This document shows positions 18,635-27,478 of a DNA stretch of 64,000 nucleotides, piece after piece. A program made the position numbers and the translations under genes. Where the stretch lies: contig CAWAIF010000003.1 in assembly GCA_963782055.1 (NCBI GenBank), forward strand, positions 4,544,001 through 4,608,000, written 5' to 3'. The stretch comes from an uncultured delta proteobacterium. Its GTDB lineage: Bacteria > Myxococcota_A > Polyangia > Polyangiales > Polyangiaceae. The stretch's first letter is position 1; every line of letters begins with the position of its first letter. The notes beneath the pieces are model-generated. The model searched no databases, had not been told where the DNA came from, and was given only the letters and a program-made list of their open reading frames with translations.

Positions 18635-19489
18635 ATGCTGGACGGGGACCACGTCCTCCGCGCGATCACAGAAGACGGCGCCTTTCGAGTCATCGCCGTG
18701 CGGACGACGACGGCCGCGCGCGGCGTGGCCGATGCGCAGCACGCCACGGGCGGGCGCGCCCTCCTTCTCGCCGAGATGCTCACCGGCGCCGTGCTCGTCC
18801 GCGAGACGATGGCGCCGGACCTGCGCGTGCAGGGCATCCTGCAGGGCGACGACTCCAAGACCCGCATGGTGGCGGACTCCTTCCCCGACGGCACCCTGCG
18901 CGGCCTGGTCCAGGCGCGGGAGGGCGCCGAGGTGGAGCTGGGCGAGCGCGCCGCGCTGCACGTCATGCGGACGCTCCACAACGGGGCGCTCCAGCAAGGC
19001 GTCGTGCCGGCGAGCAAGGGCGGCGGCATCTCCGGCGCGCTGATGCAGTATTTCCAGAGCTCGGAGCAGGTCGTCTCCTTCGTCGCGGTGGGCGCCACCC
19101 ACGACGCCGACGGGGGCGTCGCCGAGGCGGGTGGCTACATCGTCCAGCTCCTGCCGGAGGTGGACGACGGCCCGCTGATGCTCATGACCGAGCGGCTCAA
19201 GGACTTCCCGGCCATCGACTCGCTCCTGCACGCGGGCGAGGCGGCGCCACAGAACCTCCTGCACGAGCTCCTCTACGGCATGCCCTTCGCCGAGGTGGGC
19301 CGCGGCGGCCTGCGCTACGCGTGTCGCTGCAGCGAGGAGCGGCTGCTGGCGACGCTCATCTCGCTGCCGAAGGCGGACATCCGCGATCTGGTCGAGGACG
19401 GCGGCGTGCTGGAGATCGACTGCGACTACTGCGGCCGGCACTACCGCTTCGCGCCGGAGACGCTGCGCGGCATGCTCGCGCAGAACTGA
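18635..19489 (+). CDS. hslO: Hsp33 redox-regulated chaperone
   Basis: [17 protein letters not shown], and the CRCS...CDYC zinc switch. Confidence 0.93.
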   Translation: MLDGDHVLRAITEDGAFRVIAVRTTTAARGVADAQHATGGRALLLAEMLTGAVLVRETMAPDLRVQGILQGDDSKTRMVADSFPDGTLRGLVQAREGAEVELGERAALHVMRTLHNGALQQGVVPASKGGGISGALMQYFQSSEQVVSFVAVGATHDADGGVAEAGGYIVQLLPEVDDGPLMLMTERLKDFPAIDSLLHAGEAAPQNLLHELLYGMPFAEVGRGGLRYACRCSEERLLATLISLPKADIRDLVEDGGVLEIDCDYCGRHYRFAPETLRGMLAQN

Positions 19490-19490
19490 A

Positions 19491-20060
19491 CTAGCGGCGC
19501 AGCACGGCCTTGCGGCTCGCCGCCAGCACCGCCTTGCGCAGCCGCGGGTCGTCCACGGCGCGCGCCAGGAGCAGCCCGCCGACCATCGTGGCGAGGGCGG
19601 ACGCGGCCCGCTCCTCGTCGCCCAGCCGCTCGCTCATGCCCTCGAGCACCTTCTTCACCCCGCGCGTGAAGGCCTTGCGGACCTCCGGATCGGCGCGCGC
19701 GACCTCGGCGCCCAGGGCGGGCACGGCGCACCCCGCGCCCGGGTCGGCGACGTGCCGTGGCGAGAGGTAGACGTGCGCCGCGCGCTCGAGCCACTTGCGG
19801 CCGCGGAGCGACTCGTCCGGGCCCATCATGTTGGCGCGCGCCTGCTCGAACGCGACGCTCATCGCCTCGGCGAGCAGGGCGTTCTTGTCGGCGAAGTGCG
19901 CGTAGAAGCCGCCGCGCGTGAGCCCCGCGGCGCCCATCACGTCGTCGACGCTCACGCCCTCGCCTCCCCGCTCGCGGTAGAGCCTGGACGCCTTCTTCAC
20001 GACGCGCTGGTGCGATCGCTGCTTTCGGGAGGCCCTGGGGGTGGTCGCTCTTGCCGTCAT
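19491..20060 (-). CDS. TetR/AcrR family transcriptional regulator
   Basis: HTH segment VSVDDVMGAAGLTRGGFYAHFADK; YLS..H......GC...AL. Confidence 0.93.
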   Translation of the reverse strand: MTARATTPRASRKQRSHQRVVKKASRLYRERGGEGVSVDDVMGAAGLTRGGFYAHFADKNALLAEAMSVAFEQARANMMGPDESLRGRKWLERAAHVYLSPRHVADPGAGCAVPALGAEVARADPEVRKAFTRGVKKVLEGMSERLGDEERAASALATMVGGLLLARAVDDPRLRKAVLAASRKAVLRR

Positions 20061-20139
20061 GGTCACGGAGTATAGCGCAGGGGCGCGGGAGCGGCCTTTG
20101 TGGGCGACGCGGCACCCACAATTTCATATGATGACCATC

Positions 20140-21276
20140 ATGCGAGCTCGCGCGGCCTTCGTCCTCCTCGGCCCCCTGCTCGCAGGGTGCGGCCTGCTGC
20201 TGGGCGTCGATGACCTCGCCTACGTGGGGCCCGACGCGGGCGCCGACCTGGACGCGGCCCCCGGCGAGGAGGCCCCCATCGCCGACGCCGGCACCGACGA
20301 CAGGACCGACGCGAACGGGGACGGGGGCGGCTGCGACGCCGACGTCATGACCAGCCCGACCAGCTGCGGCGCGTGCGGGCACGACTGCCTCGGGGGCGCG
20401 TGCGACGGCGGCGTGTGCGAGCCGGTGCTCGTGACCACCGGCACCGGCCTGCAGTCGCTCGCGAGCGACGGCACCACCCTCTTCTTGCGCGACGTGGGCG
20501 CGGTGCACGCCTGCCCGGTGAGCGGGTGCGCCGACGCCGGCACCATCCTCGCGACGACGACCGACATCACCCCGGCCCGCCGCGTGCGCGTGACGTCCAC
20601 GCGTGTGCTCTGGAACGAGGGCGTGCACGTCTACGCGTGCGCCAAGACGGGCTGCGCGCCGAAGGTCGACATCCTGCAGAACGCGGCCAACTCGCGGAGC
20701 GTCTTCGACGTGTGGGTCTCCGACGCCATCTTCTGGATCGCCCAGGCGAACGGCGTGGGCCCTTACGCCTACACGGTGGGGAGCTGCCCCATCAACGGCG
20801 GCGCGTGCAAGACCCTGACGAGCGGAGCGGACCAGTACCTCGGCATCGTCGCCGGGTCCGGGTTCGACGTGTACTGGACCGTGGCCGGCGGCACCGTGCG
20901 CCACTGCGTGGGCGTGTGCTCGCCCGACGCCTCGACCAGCGCCACCACGGCGCTCACCAACCCCAGCTCCCTGGCCCTCGACGACGGCGGTCTGTGGGCC
21001 GGCTACTCCGGCGGGCTGGCGTGGCTCACGACCGATCTCTCAAAGGCGGTGCCGATCTCCTCCTCGGGCTACGTCACGCGCGTGCTCCAGGACGGCGCCG
21101 ACGTCTTCTACATCGAGGCGACGAAGCGCGAGGTGCGCCGCTGCCCGGCGAAGGCGGGCGCGTGCAGCCCGAAGACCCTGGCCACGACGTCGGCCAACTT
21201 CACCGACATCGCCGCCGACCCGAAGGCCGTCTACTGGATCGAGGGCACCAAGCAGGTCTGGAGGCTCGCGCGATGA
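20140..21276 (+). CDS. Lipoprotein with Cys-rich module and beta-propeller-like repeats
   Basis: Lipobox LLAGC, DAG-rich linker, CGACGHDCLGGAC module, repeated VYW/IFW strands; stop overlaps the kinase ATG. Confidence 0.8.
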   Translation: MRARAAFVLLGPLLAGCGLLLGVDDLAYVGPDAGADLDAAPGEEAPIADAGTDDRTDANGDGGGCDADVMTSPTSCGACGHDCLGGACDGGVCEPVLVTTGTGLQSLASDGTTLFLRDVGAVHACPVSGCADAGTILATTTDITPARRVRVTSTRVLWNEGVHVYACAKTGCAPKVDILQNAANSRSVFDVWVSDAIFWIAQANGVGPYAYTVGSCPINGGACKTLTSGADQYLGIVAGSGFDVYWTVAGGTVRHCVGVCSPDASTSATTALTNPSSLALDDGGLWAGYSGGLAWLTTDLSKAVPISSSGYVTRVLQDGADVFYIEATKREVRRCPAKAGACSPKTLATTSANFTDIAADPKAVYWIEGTKQVWRLAR

Positions 21277-22593
21277 ACGGCGCCGGCCAGTCGCTGCGCC
21301 CGGGGGATCTCGTCGCGGGCAAGTATCGCGTCGAGCGCGTGCTCGGCATGGGCGGGATGGGCGTGGTCGTCGCCGCGCGCCACGCCGAGCTCGGGCGCAA
21401 GGTGGCGCTCAAGTTCATGCGCCCCGACGCGCTGGACAAGGGCGGCGTCGAGCGCTTCGTGCGCGAGGCGCGCGTCGCGGCGTCGATCGAGAGCGATCAC
21501 GTCGCCCAGGTGATCGACGTGGGCCGCACCGAGCGCGGCGACCCGTACCTGGTGATGGAGCTGCTCGAGGGCCGCGACCTGTCGGCGGTCGTCGCCTCCG
21601 GACCGCAGCGACCGGAGAGCGCGGTCGGCTGGGTGCTGGAGGCGTGCGAGGGCCTCGCGAGCGCGCACGCCTGCGGGCTGGTGCACCGCGACGTCAAGCC
21701 GGCGAACCTCTTCCTGGCGCAGCGGGCGGGCGGCCGCGCCGTGCTCAAGGTGCTCGACTTCGGTCTCGCCAAGACCTTCACCGGGGAGGACGCGTCGCTC
21801 ACGACCACCGGCGGCGTGCTCGGCTCGCCGCAGTACATGGCGCCCGAGCAGCTCCTGGCGCGGCCGCTCGACGCGCGCGTGGACGTGTGGGCCCTCGGCG
21901 TGTGCCTGTTCGAGCTGCTCGCTGGCGCGCTTCCCTTCGAGGCCCCCACCGTCCCGGCGCTCTGCTCCTCCATCCTCAAGGAGGAGCCACGCGATTCTGG
22001 CGTCGATGCGCCCCGACCTGGACCCGGGTCTGGTGGCGGTGGTGCACGCGTGCCTGAGCAAGGAGCCGCAGGCTCGCTTCCCGGACGTGGCGGTGCTCGC
22101 GGCGGCGCTCGAGCCCTACGCGCCGGCCTCCCGCGGGGCTGCCGATCGCGTCGCTGTCGTGCTGGCGGCGCCGCCGCCACCCGCCCCCGAGGACGCCTCC
22201 CTCGGCCCGTCGGTGGACGCACCCACGCGGATCGTCGCCTCCTACGACTCGGCGGCGGAGCGGCCTCGCACGCGCACCGCGTGGCTCGCGGCGGCCGCCG
22301 GCGCCGCCATCGTGCTCGCGGCCGCCGGGTCGGTGGCGCTCCTCGCGTCGTCGCGACACGCCGGGGCGGAGGGTGAGTCGCCGCCGCCCGCGTCGGCGCC
22401 CGTCGCCGCGTCGGCGTCCGGCCCCGTCGCCACCGCGGTCCCCTCCGTGGCCGTCAGCGTCCTGCCCGCGGAGAGCACGACCGACGACGCGGGCGCTGCG
22501 CCGCCGGCGCACCACGTCGAGCCGCGAACGCACGCGTGGCGCCCCCCTCACCCCCGCGCCACGACGACGGCGAACCCGCTGGGGAGGTTCTAG
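21273..22593 (+). pseudogene. Membrane-anchored Ser/Thr protein kinase interrupted by a +1 frameshift near 21993 (pseudogene or sequencing error)
   Basis: GMGGMG, VALK, HRDVKPAN, DFG and YMAPE lie in one frame. Subdomain XI (CLSKEPQARF), the TM helix and the Pro/Ala tail lie in ORF 22006..22593, a different frame. Confidence 0.85.
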
Positions 22594-23522
22594 TGCGCGT
22601 GCGGCTGGTCGCGCCCGTGCTCGCCCTCCTCGCCGTGACCGCCGCGACCGCGCGCGCCGGCGATCACGAGCGCGCCGTGGCCCTCTTCCGCGAGGGGCAC
22701 GCCCTCGCGGCGCGCGGCCGCTGCGTCGAGGCGATCCCCAAGCTCATGGACACCCTCGCCATCGAGCCCAGCGTGGGCGCGCTGCTCAACCTGGGCGAGT
22801 GCCACGCCCGCACCGGCGCACCCGAGCTGGCGTGGAAGCGCTTCCGCGAGGCGGAGCACCTCGCGCGGCAGCTCGGCGACGACCGCGAGTCCTTCGCGCG
22901 GGCCCACGCCGAGGCGATCGAGCCCCTCATGCCGAAGCTGAGCGTCGGGGTCCCGCCCGCCGCGCGGGGGGAGGGGCTGATGGTGCGCGTCGACGACGAG
23001 ACGCTGGCGCCGTCCGACTGGGGCGTCGCGCGCGCCATCGTCTCCGGGCGTCACGTGGTCTCCGCGTCGATGCCCGGCCACGTCGCGTGGCGCGCGACGG
23101 TGGTCACCGCGGGGCAGGCGACGAGCACGCTCACGGTCCCGGTGCTCGACATCGCCGGCGGGCCCCCACCACCACCACCACCTCCTCCGCCCCGGGGCTC
23201 CGCGCGACGCACCGCGGGCATCGTCCTCACCGTGGTGGGCGCCGCCGGCGTGGTGGCCGGCGGCGTCTTCGGCGGCGTGGCGGCGGCGCGCCGGTCGGAC
23301 GCCGCCGCGCTCCAGACCGGCCCGTCCCGGGCGGACTTCGATGCCGCGAGGTCGGACGCCCGCACGTGGGCGACCGCGTCGACGGTCGCGTTCATCGCCG
23401 GCGCGGTGGTCCTGTCGGCGGGGTTGATCGTGTGGTTGACGGCACCTTCGCGCTCCCGTGTCGCGCTCGCCCTCGCGCCTCGGTCCGGCGGCGGGTGGAC
23501 CGGCCTGGTGACTACTTTCTAA
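22593..23522 (+). CDS. TPR + PEGA-like membrane protein
   Basis: GTG overlaps the kinase TAG; signal peptide, TPR (ALFREG...LLNLGECH), PEGA-like strands (VRVDD...GRHVVSA), polyproline, two C-terminal hydrophobic segments. Confidence 0.8.
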   Translation: MRVRLVAPVLALLAVTAATARAGDHERAVALFREGHALAARGRCVEAIPKLMDTLAIEPSVGALLNLGECHARTGAPELAWKRFREAEHLARQLGDDRESFARAHAEAIEPLMPKLSVGVPPAARGEGLMVRVDDETLAPSDWGVARAIVSGRHVVSASMPGHVAWRATVVTAGQATSTLTVPVLDIAGGPPPPPPPPPPRGSARRTAGIVLTVVGAAGVVAGGVFGGVAAARRSDAAALQTGPSRADFDAARSDARTWATASTVAFIAGAVVLSAGLIVWLTAPSRSRVALALAPRSGGGWTGLVTTF

Positions 23523-23563
23523 AGGAGCTTCGAGGCCCGTCCAGACCGCGGAGCCCGGGCTGG

Positions 23564-23589
23564 GCAACCGGTGCCGCATGGCGTACGTT
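23564..23589 (+). promoter_or_regulatory. Possible ECF-sigma promoter (GCAAC-N17-CGTT)
   Basis: GCAAC 23564-23568 and CGTT 23586-23589 upstream of AGGAGG SD and ATG 23609; matches the generic ECF AAC/CGT pattern. Confidence 0.35.
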
Positions 23590-23608
23590 TCGTGCCAGGA
23601 GGTGCACT

Positions 23609-25285
23609 ATGGACCGCAGGCGTATCACCGTCCTCTTTGGGAGCTTGATCTTTGCCGCCGGGCTCGTGCGTTGCGTCGGAGACACGCCGACGAACAACCC
23701 TGACGCAGGCACCCCCGACGCCGCCGGCGGCGACACCGGCACCGCCGACGCCGCCGACGCCGGAAGCGACTCCGGGTCGGACGCAGGCGACGCAAGCAAG
23801 CCGCCCGACGCGGTGGGCACGCTCGGGTGGGTACGCCACTACGGCACCAACTACACCCTCAACAACGTCACGGCGTCCTCGCAGAACGGGGCGTTCATCG
23901 CGGTCGGCGGGTACCAGACCCCCAGCGGCGGCGTCTCCATCGGCGGCACCAACATCCCCGCTCCCGATGGCATCGACGCCCTCGTCTTCAAGGTGGACTC
24001 GCAGGGCAACACGCTCTGGGCCAGGGGCGTCGGCGGCTCCGGCGGCGGCTCGGAGTACTTCTACTCGGTGAAGGAGGACAACGCCGGCGCCCTCTACCTG
24101 TCCGGGCACGCGACCAGCGGCATCACGCTCAAGAACACCCTCGCCGGCGCGGTCTCGTACGTCGCCAAGCTGAGCGGCGACGGCAGCGCCTTCGCGTGGG
24201 ATCACGGCTTCACCTCCAACGGCGGGCTCGCTTCGCCGTACGTGGCCGTCGCGGGCGGCACCGTCTACACCACGTTCTTCTACAGCGGCACGCTCACGTA
24301 CGACAACGGCAAGACGTTCACCGCCACGCTGGACGGCTCCAGCAAGACCACCAACGACATCGCCGTCATCGCGCTGAACGCGAACGACGGCTCCGTCGTG
24401 TGGGCGGACTCACTGGGCGGCTCGGCCAACGACACCGTCATCGACGTCGCCATCGGCGCCCAGGGCGACCCGATCGTCGCGGGCGGCTTCACCTCGCCGT
24501 CAGTCTCCTCCACGGCAGGCGCCGGCGGCGGGCTGCCGCTGGCCAGGCCGGGTGGAAGCAGTGATGAGGGCGGCTTCGCCATCGAGCTGGACGGCAAATC
24601 CGGCGCCACAAAGTTTGCCCAGGCGTACGGCGCGAACGGGGCCAACGTCGTGGTCGACGCCGTCGCCGCGCGAGGCGGCAAGGTCGTCGTCGGCGGCTCC
24701 TTCAGCGGCGCGGTCGACTTCGGCTCCGGCGCGGCGGGGTCCGTCGGGTACACCGACGGCTTCGTCAGCGTGCTGGACGAGGGCACCCAGAAGCTCGTCC
24801 TCGGCCGCACGCTCGGCGGCACGAACGGTGACTACGTCCTCGGCGTGGCGATCGACGCCTGGGGCGAGCTGCTGGCGACCGGCTACTACGCCTCCACCGA
24901 TGGAGTCGTGCACTCCACCAGCGGCAGCAAACCGCTGGCGGCGAACAGCTTCGGCACGACCGGCCTGCTGGTGGCCAAGTGGGACCCCACGGGCAACCTC
25001 CTCTGGACCAAGAGCGTGGTACCCACCAAGGCCGACGGGGGAGCTCCTTACCCCGTCACCGACGCCGGCCCCTACTCTTACCTCGACGTCGAGGCGATGC
25101 GGGTCACCGTGGCGGCCAGTGGCGCGACCACGGTGGCGGGCAGGATGAACTACGGGGCAGACTTCGGCAACGGCTACCAGAGCCGGGTCTCCACCATGTC
25201 GAAGGGCGGCGGCGGCTTCTGCCTCCCGCCGTTCTGCGGCCCGACCCTCTACCCCGACGCGCTGCTGGTGAACTACGCGCCGTAA
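23609..25285 (+). CDS. Lipoprotein with beta-propeller (SBBP-like) repeats
   Basis: AGGAGG SD, signal peptide ending LVRC-VGD, DAG linker, repeats such as D.LVFKVDSQGNTLWA.G.GG and VAKWDPTGNLLW. Confidence 0.85.
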   Translation: MDRRRITVLFGSLIFAAGLVRCVGDTPTNNPDAGTPDAAGGDTGTADAADAGSDSGSDAGDASKPPDAVGTLGWVRHYGTNYTLNNVTASSQNGAFIAVGGYQTPSGGVSIGGTNIPAPDGIDALVFKVDSQGNTLWARGVGGSGGGSEYFYSVKEDNAGALYLSGHATSGITLKNTLAGAVSYVAKLSGDGSAFAWDHGFTSNGGLASPYVAVAGGTVYTTFFYSGTLTYDNGKTFTATLDGSSKTTNDIAVIALNANDGSVVWADSLGGSANDTVIDVAIGAQGDPIVAGGFTSPSVSSTAGAGGGLPLARPGGSSDEGGFAIELDGKSGATKFAQAYGANGANVVVDAVAARGGKVVVGGSFSGAVDFGSGAAGSVGYTDGFVSVLDEGTQKLVLGRTLGGTNGDYVLGVAIDAWGELLATGYYASTDGVVHSTSGSKPLAANSFGTTGLLVAKWDPTGNLLWTKSVVPTKADGGAPYPVTDAGPYSYLDVEAMRVTVAASGATTVAGRMNYGADFGNGYQSRVSTMSKGGGGFCLPPFCGPTLYPDALLVNYAP

Positions 25286-25342
25286 TTTAGGCCGACTTCG
25301 GCGCCCCCCTCACCGCGGCCCGCGGCTATACTGCGGGGCCCC

Positions 25343-26215
25343 ATGCCGGCCTTCTCGCGCCCCACGCCCGAGCAGCTCGCGGTGCTCTCGGGCGTCGAGC
25401 GAGCCAGCTTCGCCATCGGCGACTTCTCCTCGCGCCACCTGACCACCGCCGCCAAGGCGTACAACACCGTGGTGATGGGGGCGATGCTGTGGTCCACCGC
25501 GGGCCGCCGCCTCCACGTCCACGATCTCCACAACCTCGCGCAGTTCCGCAGACCGGAGCGGGTGCTCATCGTCTGCAATCACCGCACCTTCTTCGACTTC
25601 TTCGTCATCTCCGCGGTCATCTTCTGGAAGACGAAGCTGGAGCGCCGCATCCTCTTCCCGGTTCGCTCCAGCTTCTTCTACGACCACCCCCTCGGCCCGC
25701 TCGTCAACGGCGCCATGAGCGGCATGCGCATGTTCCCCCCGGTGCTGCGCGGGGAGAACACCCGCCGCCGCGGCACCTTCAACGAGTACAGCGTCCAGCG
25801 GTCCATCGAGGAGCTGACCGTGCCCGGCACGGTCATGGGCCTGCACCCCGAGGGCACGCGCAACAAGAGCGCCGATCCCTACGCGCTGCTGCGCGCGCGC
25901 GCGGGCGTCGGGCGCATCGCCCTCGCCTCCCCGCAGGCGCGCATCGTGCCCGCGTTCGTGCTGGGGATGGGCAACGATCTGCCCAAGGAGCTGGCCAACA
26001 ACTGGCTGCGCGCCGACAGCACCCGCATCGACGCGTTCTTCGGTCCGGAGGTGAAGCTGGACGACCTGCGGGCCCGCGGGCAGAGCCCGAAGGCGGCGCT
26101 GGAGGCCTCCGAGCGCATGCTGGAGGCCATCCGCGTCCAGGCCGAGAGGCACCGCGCGATGCTCGGCGGCGGCGTCCGCGCCGCGGCGGCGACGGGGGCG
26201 AGCGCTACGGGGTGA
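25343..26215 (+). CDS. Lysophospholipid acyltransferase (PlsC-like)
   Basis: NHRTFFD (HX4D), HPEGTR and GVGRIA motifs. Confidence 0.9.
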   Translation: MPAFSRPTPEQLAVLSGVERASFAIGDFSSRHLTTAAKAYNTVVMGAMLWSTAGRRLHVHDLHNLAQFRRPERVLIVCNHRTFFDFFVISAVIFWKTKLERRILFPVRSSFFYDHPLGPLVNGAMSGMRMFPPVLRGENTRRRGTFNEYSVQRSIEELTVPGTVMGLHPEGTRNKSADPYALLRARAGVGRIALASPQARIVPAFVLGMGNDLPKELANNWLRADSTRIDAFFGPEVKLDDLRARGQSPKAALEASERMLEAIRVQAERHRAMLGGGVRAAAATGASATG

Positions 26216-27338
26216 AGGGCTCGGAGCTGCCGCCCGAGCCGGATCCGCCCGCGGAGCCGGAGGCCGACCCGGAGGCCTTCACGTGGGTCTTCACCTGGAT
26301 CTTCGGCGCCTTCACGGTGCCCTTCGCCTGGCCGGGCGCCAGCTCGTCGCCCTTGGTGATGTCGAAGCTGGGCTTCTGGTTGGGATCGCACCCCACGCCG
26401 AAGCCGGTGGCGTCGAACTTGTCCTCCAGGCTGCCGCTCAGGTCGTTCTTGGCGTCCTTGAAGTGGGCCTCCACCGTGACCTCGTGCTGCCCGGCGCGCG
26501 CCGGCGAGCAGTAGCTGAGCAGGTAGTAGGCCTTCGTCGCCGCCTCGATGCGGGTGGCGACCTGGTCGAAGGCGTTGACCACCGCGTTCTTGTCCGCCGC
26601 CTTGGCCGTGCCGGTCTTGCCGATCGCGGCGAGCTGGGCATCCTGCATCTCCGCGCCCAGGCCGATGGCGAAGACGTCGTAGGGCGTGTCGGCGATGGCC
26701 TTCTTCATCTGCTCCTCGCTGACGCGCCGCGCGCGGTCGGTGCCGTCGGTGAAGACCACCAGCGTGCCGAAGCGCAGCGGGTTGTCGGCGTGATCGAGGG
26801 CCTTCTTCAGCTCGTCCAGACCCTTGATGATCGCGCCGTTGAGGTTGGTGCTCGGGTCCTTCGGCTTGTAGGAGGCGAGCGCCGCCACGCCCGCCTTCGC
26901 CCCGTTCGCCGAGAAGGGCGCGAGGGGGTGCAGGTCGGGGGAACCGTCGAAGGCGTAGATGGCGACCTTCTGGTGCTGCTCCACCTTGTCGGTGAAGGTG
27001 CCGACCGCGTCCACCAGCGTGTCCACCGAGCCGGAGTCGGTGATGCTCCCGCTCATGTCGACGAGCAGCAGCGTGTAGTGCGAGGCCGCGACCTCCGGGT
27101 TGAGGATGGTCTGCTTGCTCTCGTACTGCGAGATGGGATCGCCGTCCTCGTAGATCTTGAAGCTGTCGGCGGTGAGGCCGCCGACGGGCTGGCCGCCCGA
27201 CGTCTCCACCTTGAAGTAGACCACGACGTTGCTCGGCTTGTTGCTCGTCGACTTGATCGGGAGCAGCTTCAGGCCAGAGGCGCACCCCGCGAGCAGGGCG
27301 CAAGCGACGATGGCAAACACGGCTCGTTTCACGTGCAT
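26205..27338 (-). CDS. VWA domain lipoprotein
   Basis: Lipobox LLAGC; MIDAS motif DMSGS, T, VFTDG. Confidence 0.88.
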   Translation of the reverse strand: MHVKRAVFAIVACALLAGCASGLKLLPIKSTSNKPSNVVVYFKVETSGGQPVGGLTADSFKIYEDGDPISQYESKQTILNPEVAASHYTLLLVDMSGSITDSGSVDTLVDAVGTFTDKVEQHQKVAIYAFDGSPDLHPLAPFSANGAKAGVAALASYKPKDPSTNLNGAIIKGLDELKKALDHADNPLRFGTLVVFTDGTDRARRVSEEQMKKAIADTPYDVFAIGLGAEMQDAQLAAIGKTGTAKAADKNAVVNAFDQVATRIEAATKAYYLLSYCSPARAGQHEVTVEAHFKDAKNDLSGSLEDKFDATGFGVGCDPNQKPSFDITKGDELAPGQAKGTVKAPKIQVKTHVKASGSASGSAGGSGSGGSSEPFTP

Positions 27339-27478
27339 GGCGCAACAATCATACGTAGCGCCCGCGCGCCGCGTCAAATCGCGATGCGGGCGACGGCGTG
27401 GTTGCGCCACGACGCTCGAGCTGCGCACGCGCCGCGGCGGGACGCCTCGGGGGCGAGCGTAGTAAGCTCGGCTCCCGG

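Noticed and set aside
20373..22376. 667-aa kinase with a long N-terminal extension; likewise the fused-looking ORFs 2777..5389, 16393..19098, 22373..25285 and 40786..43695
   Set aside because: The extensions are off-frame read-through over upstream genes; true starts lie at the downstream ATG/GTG codons given in the features.
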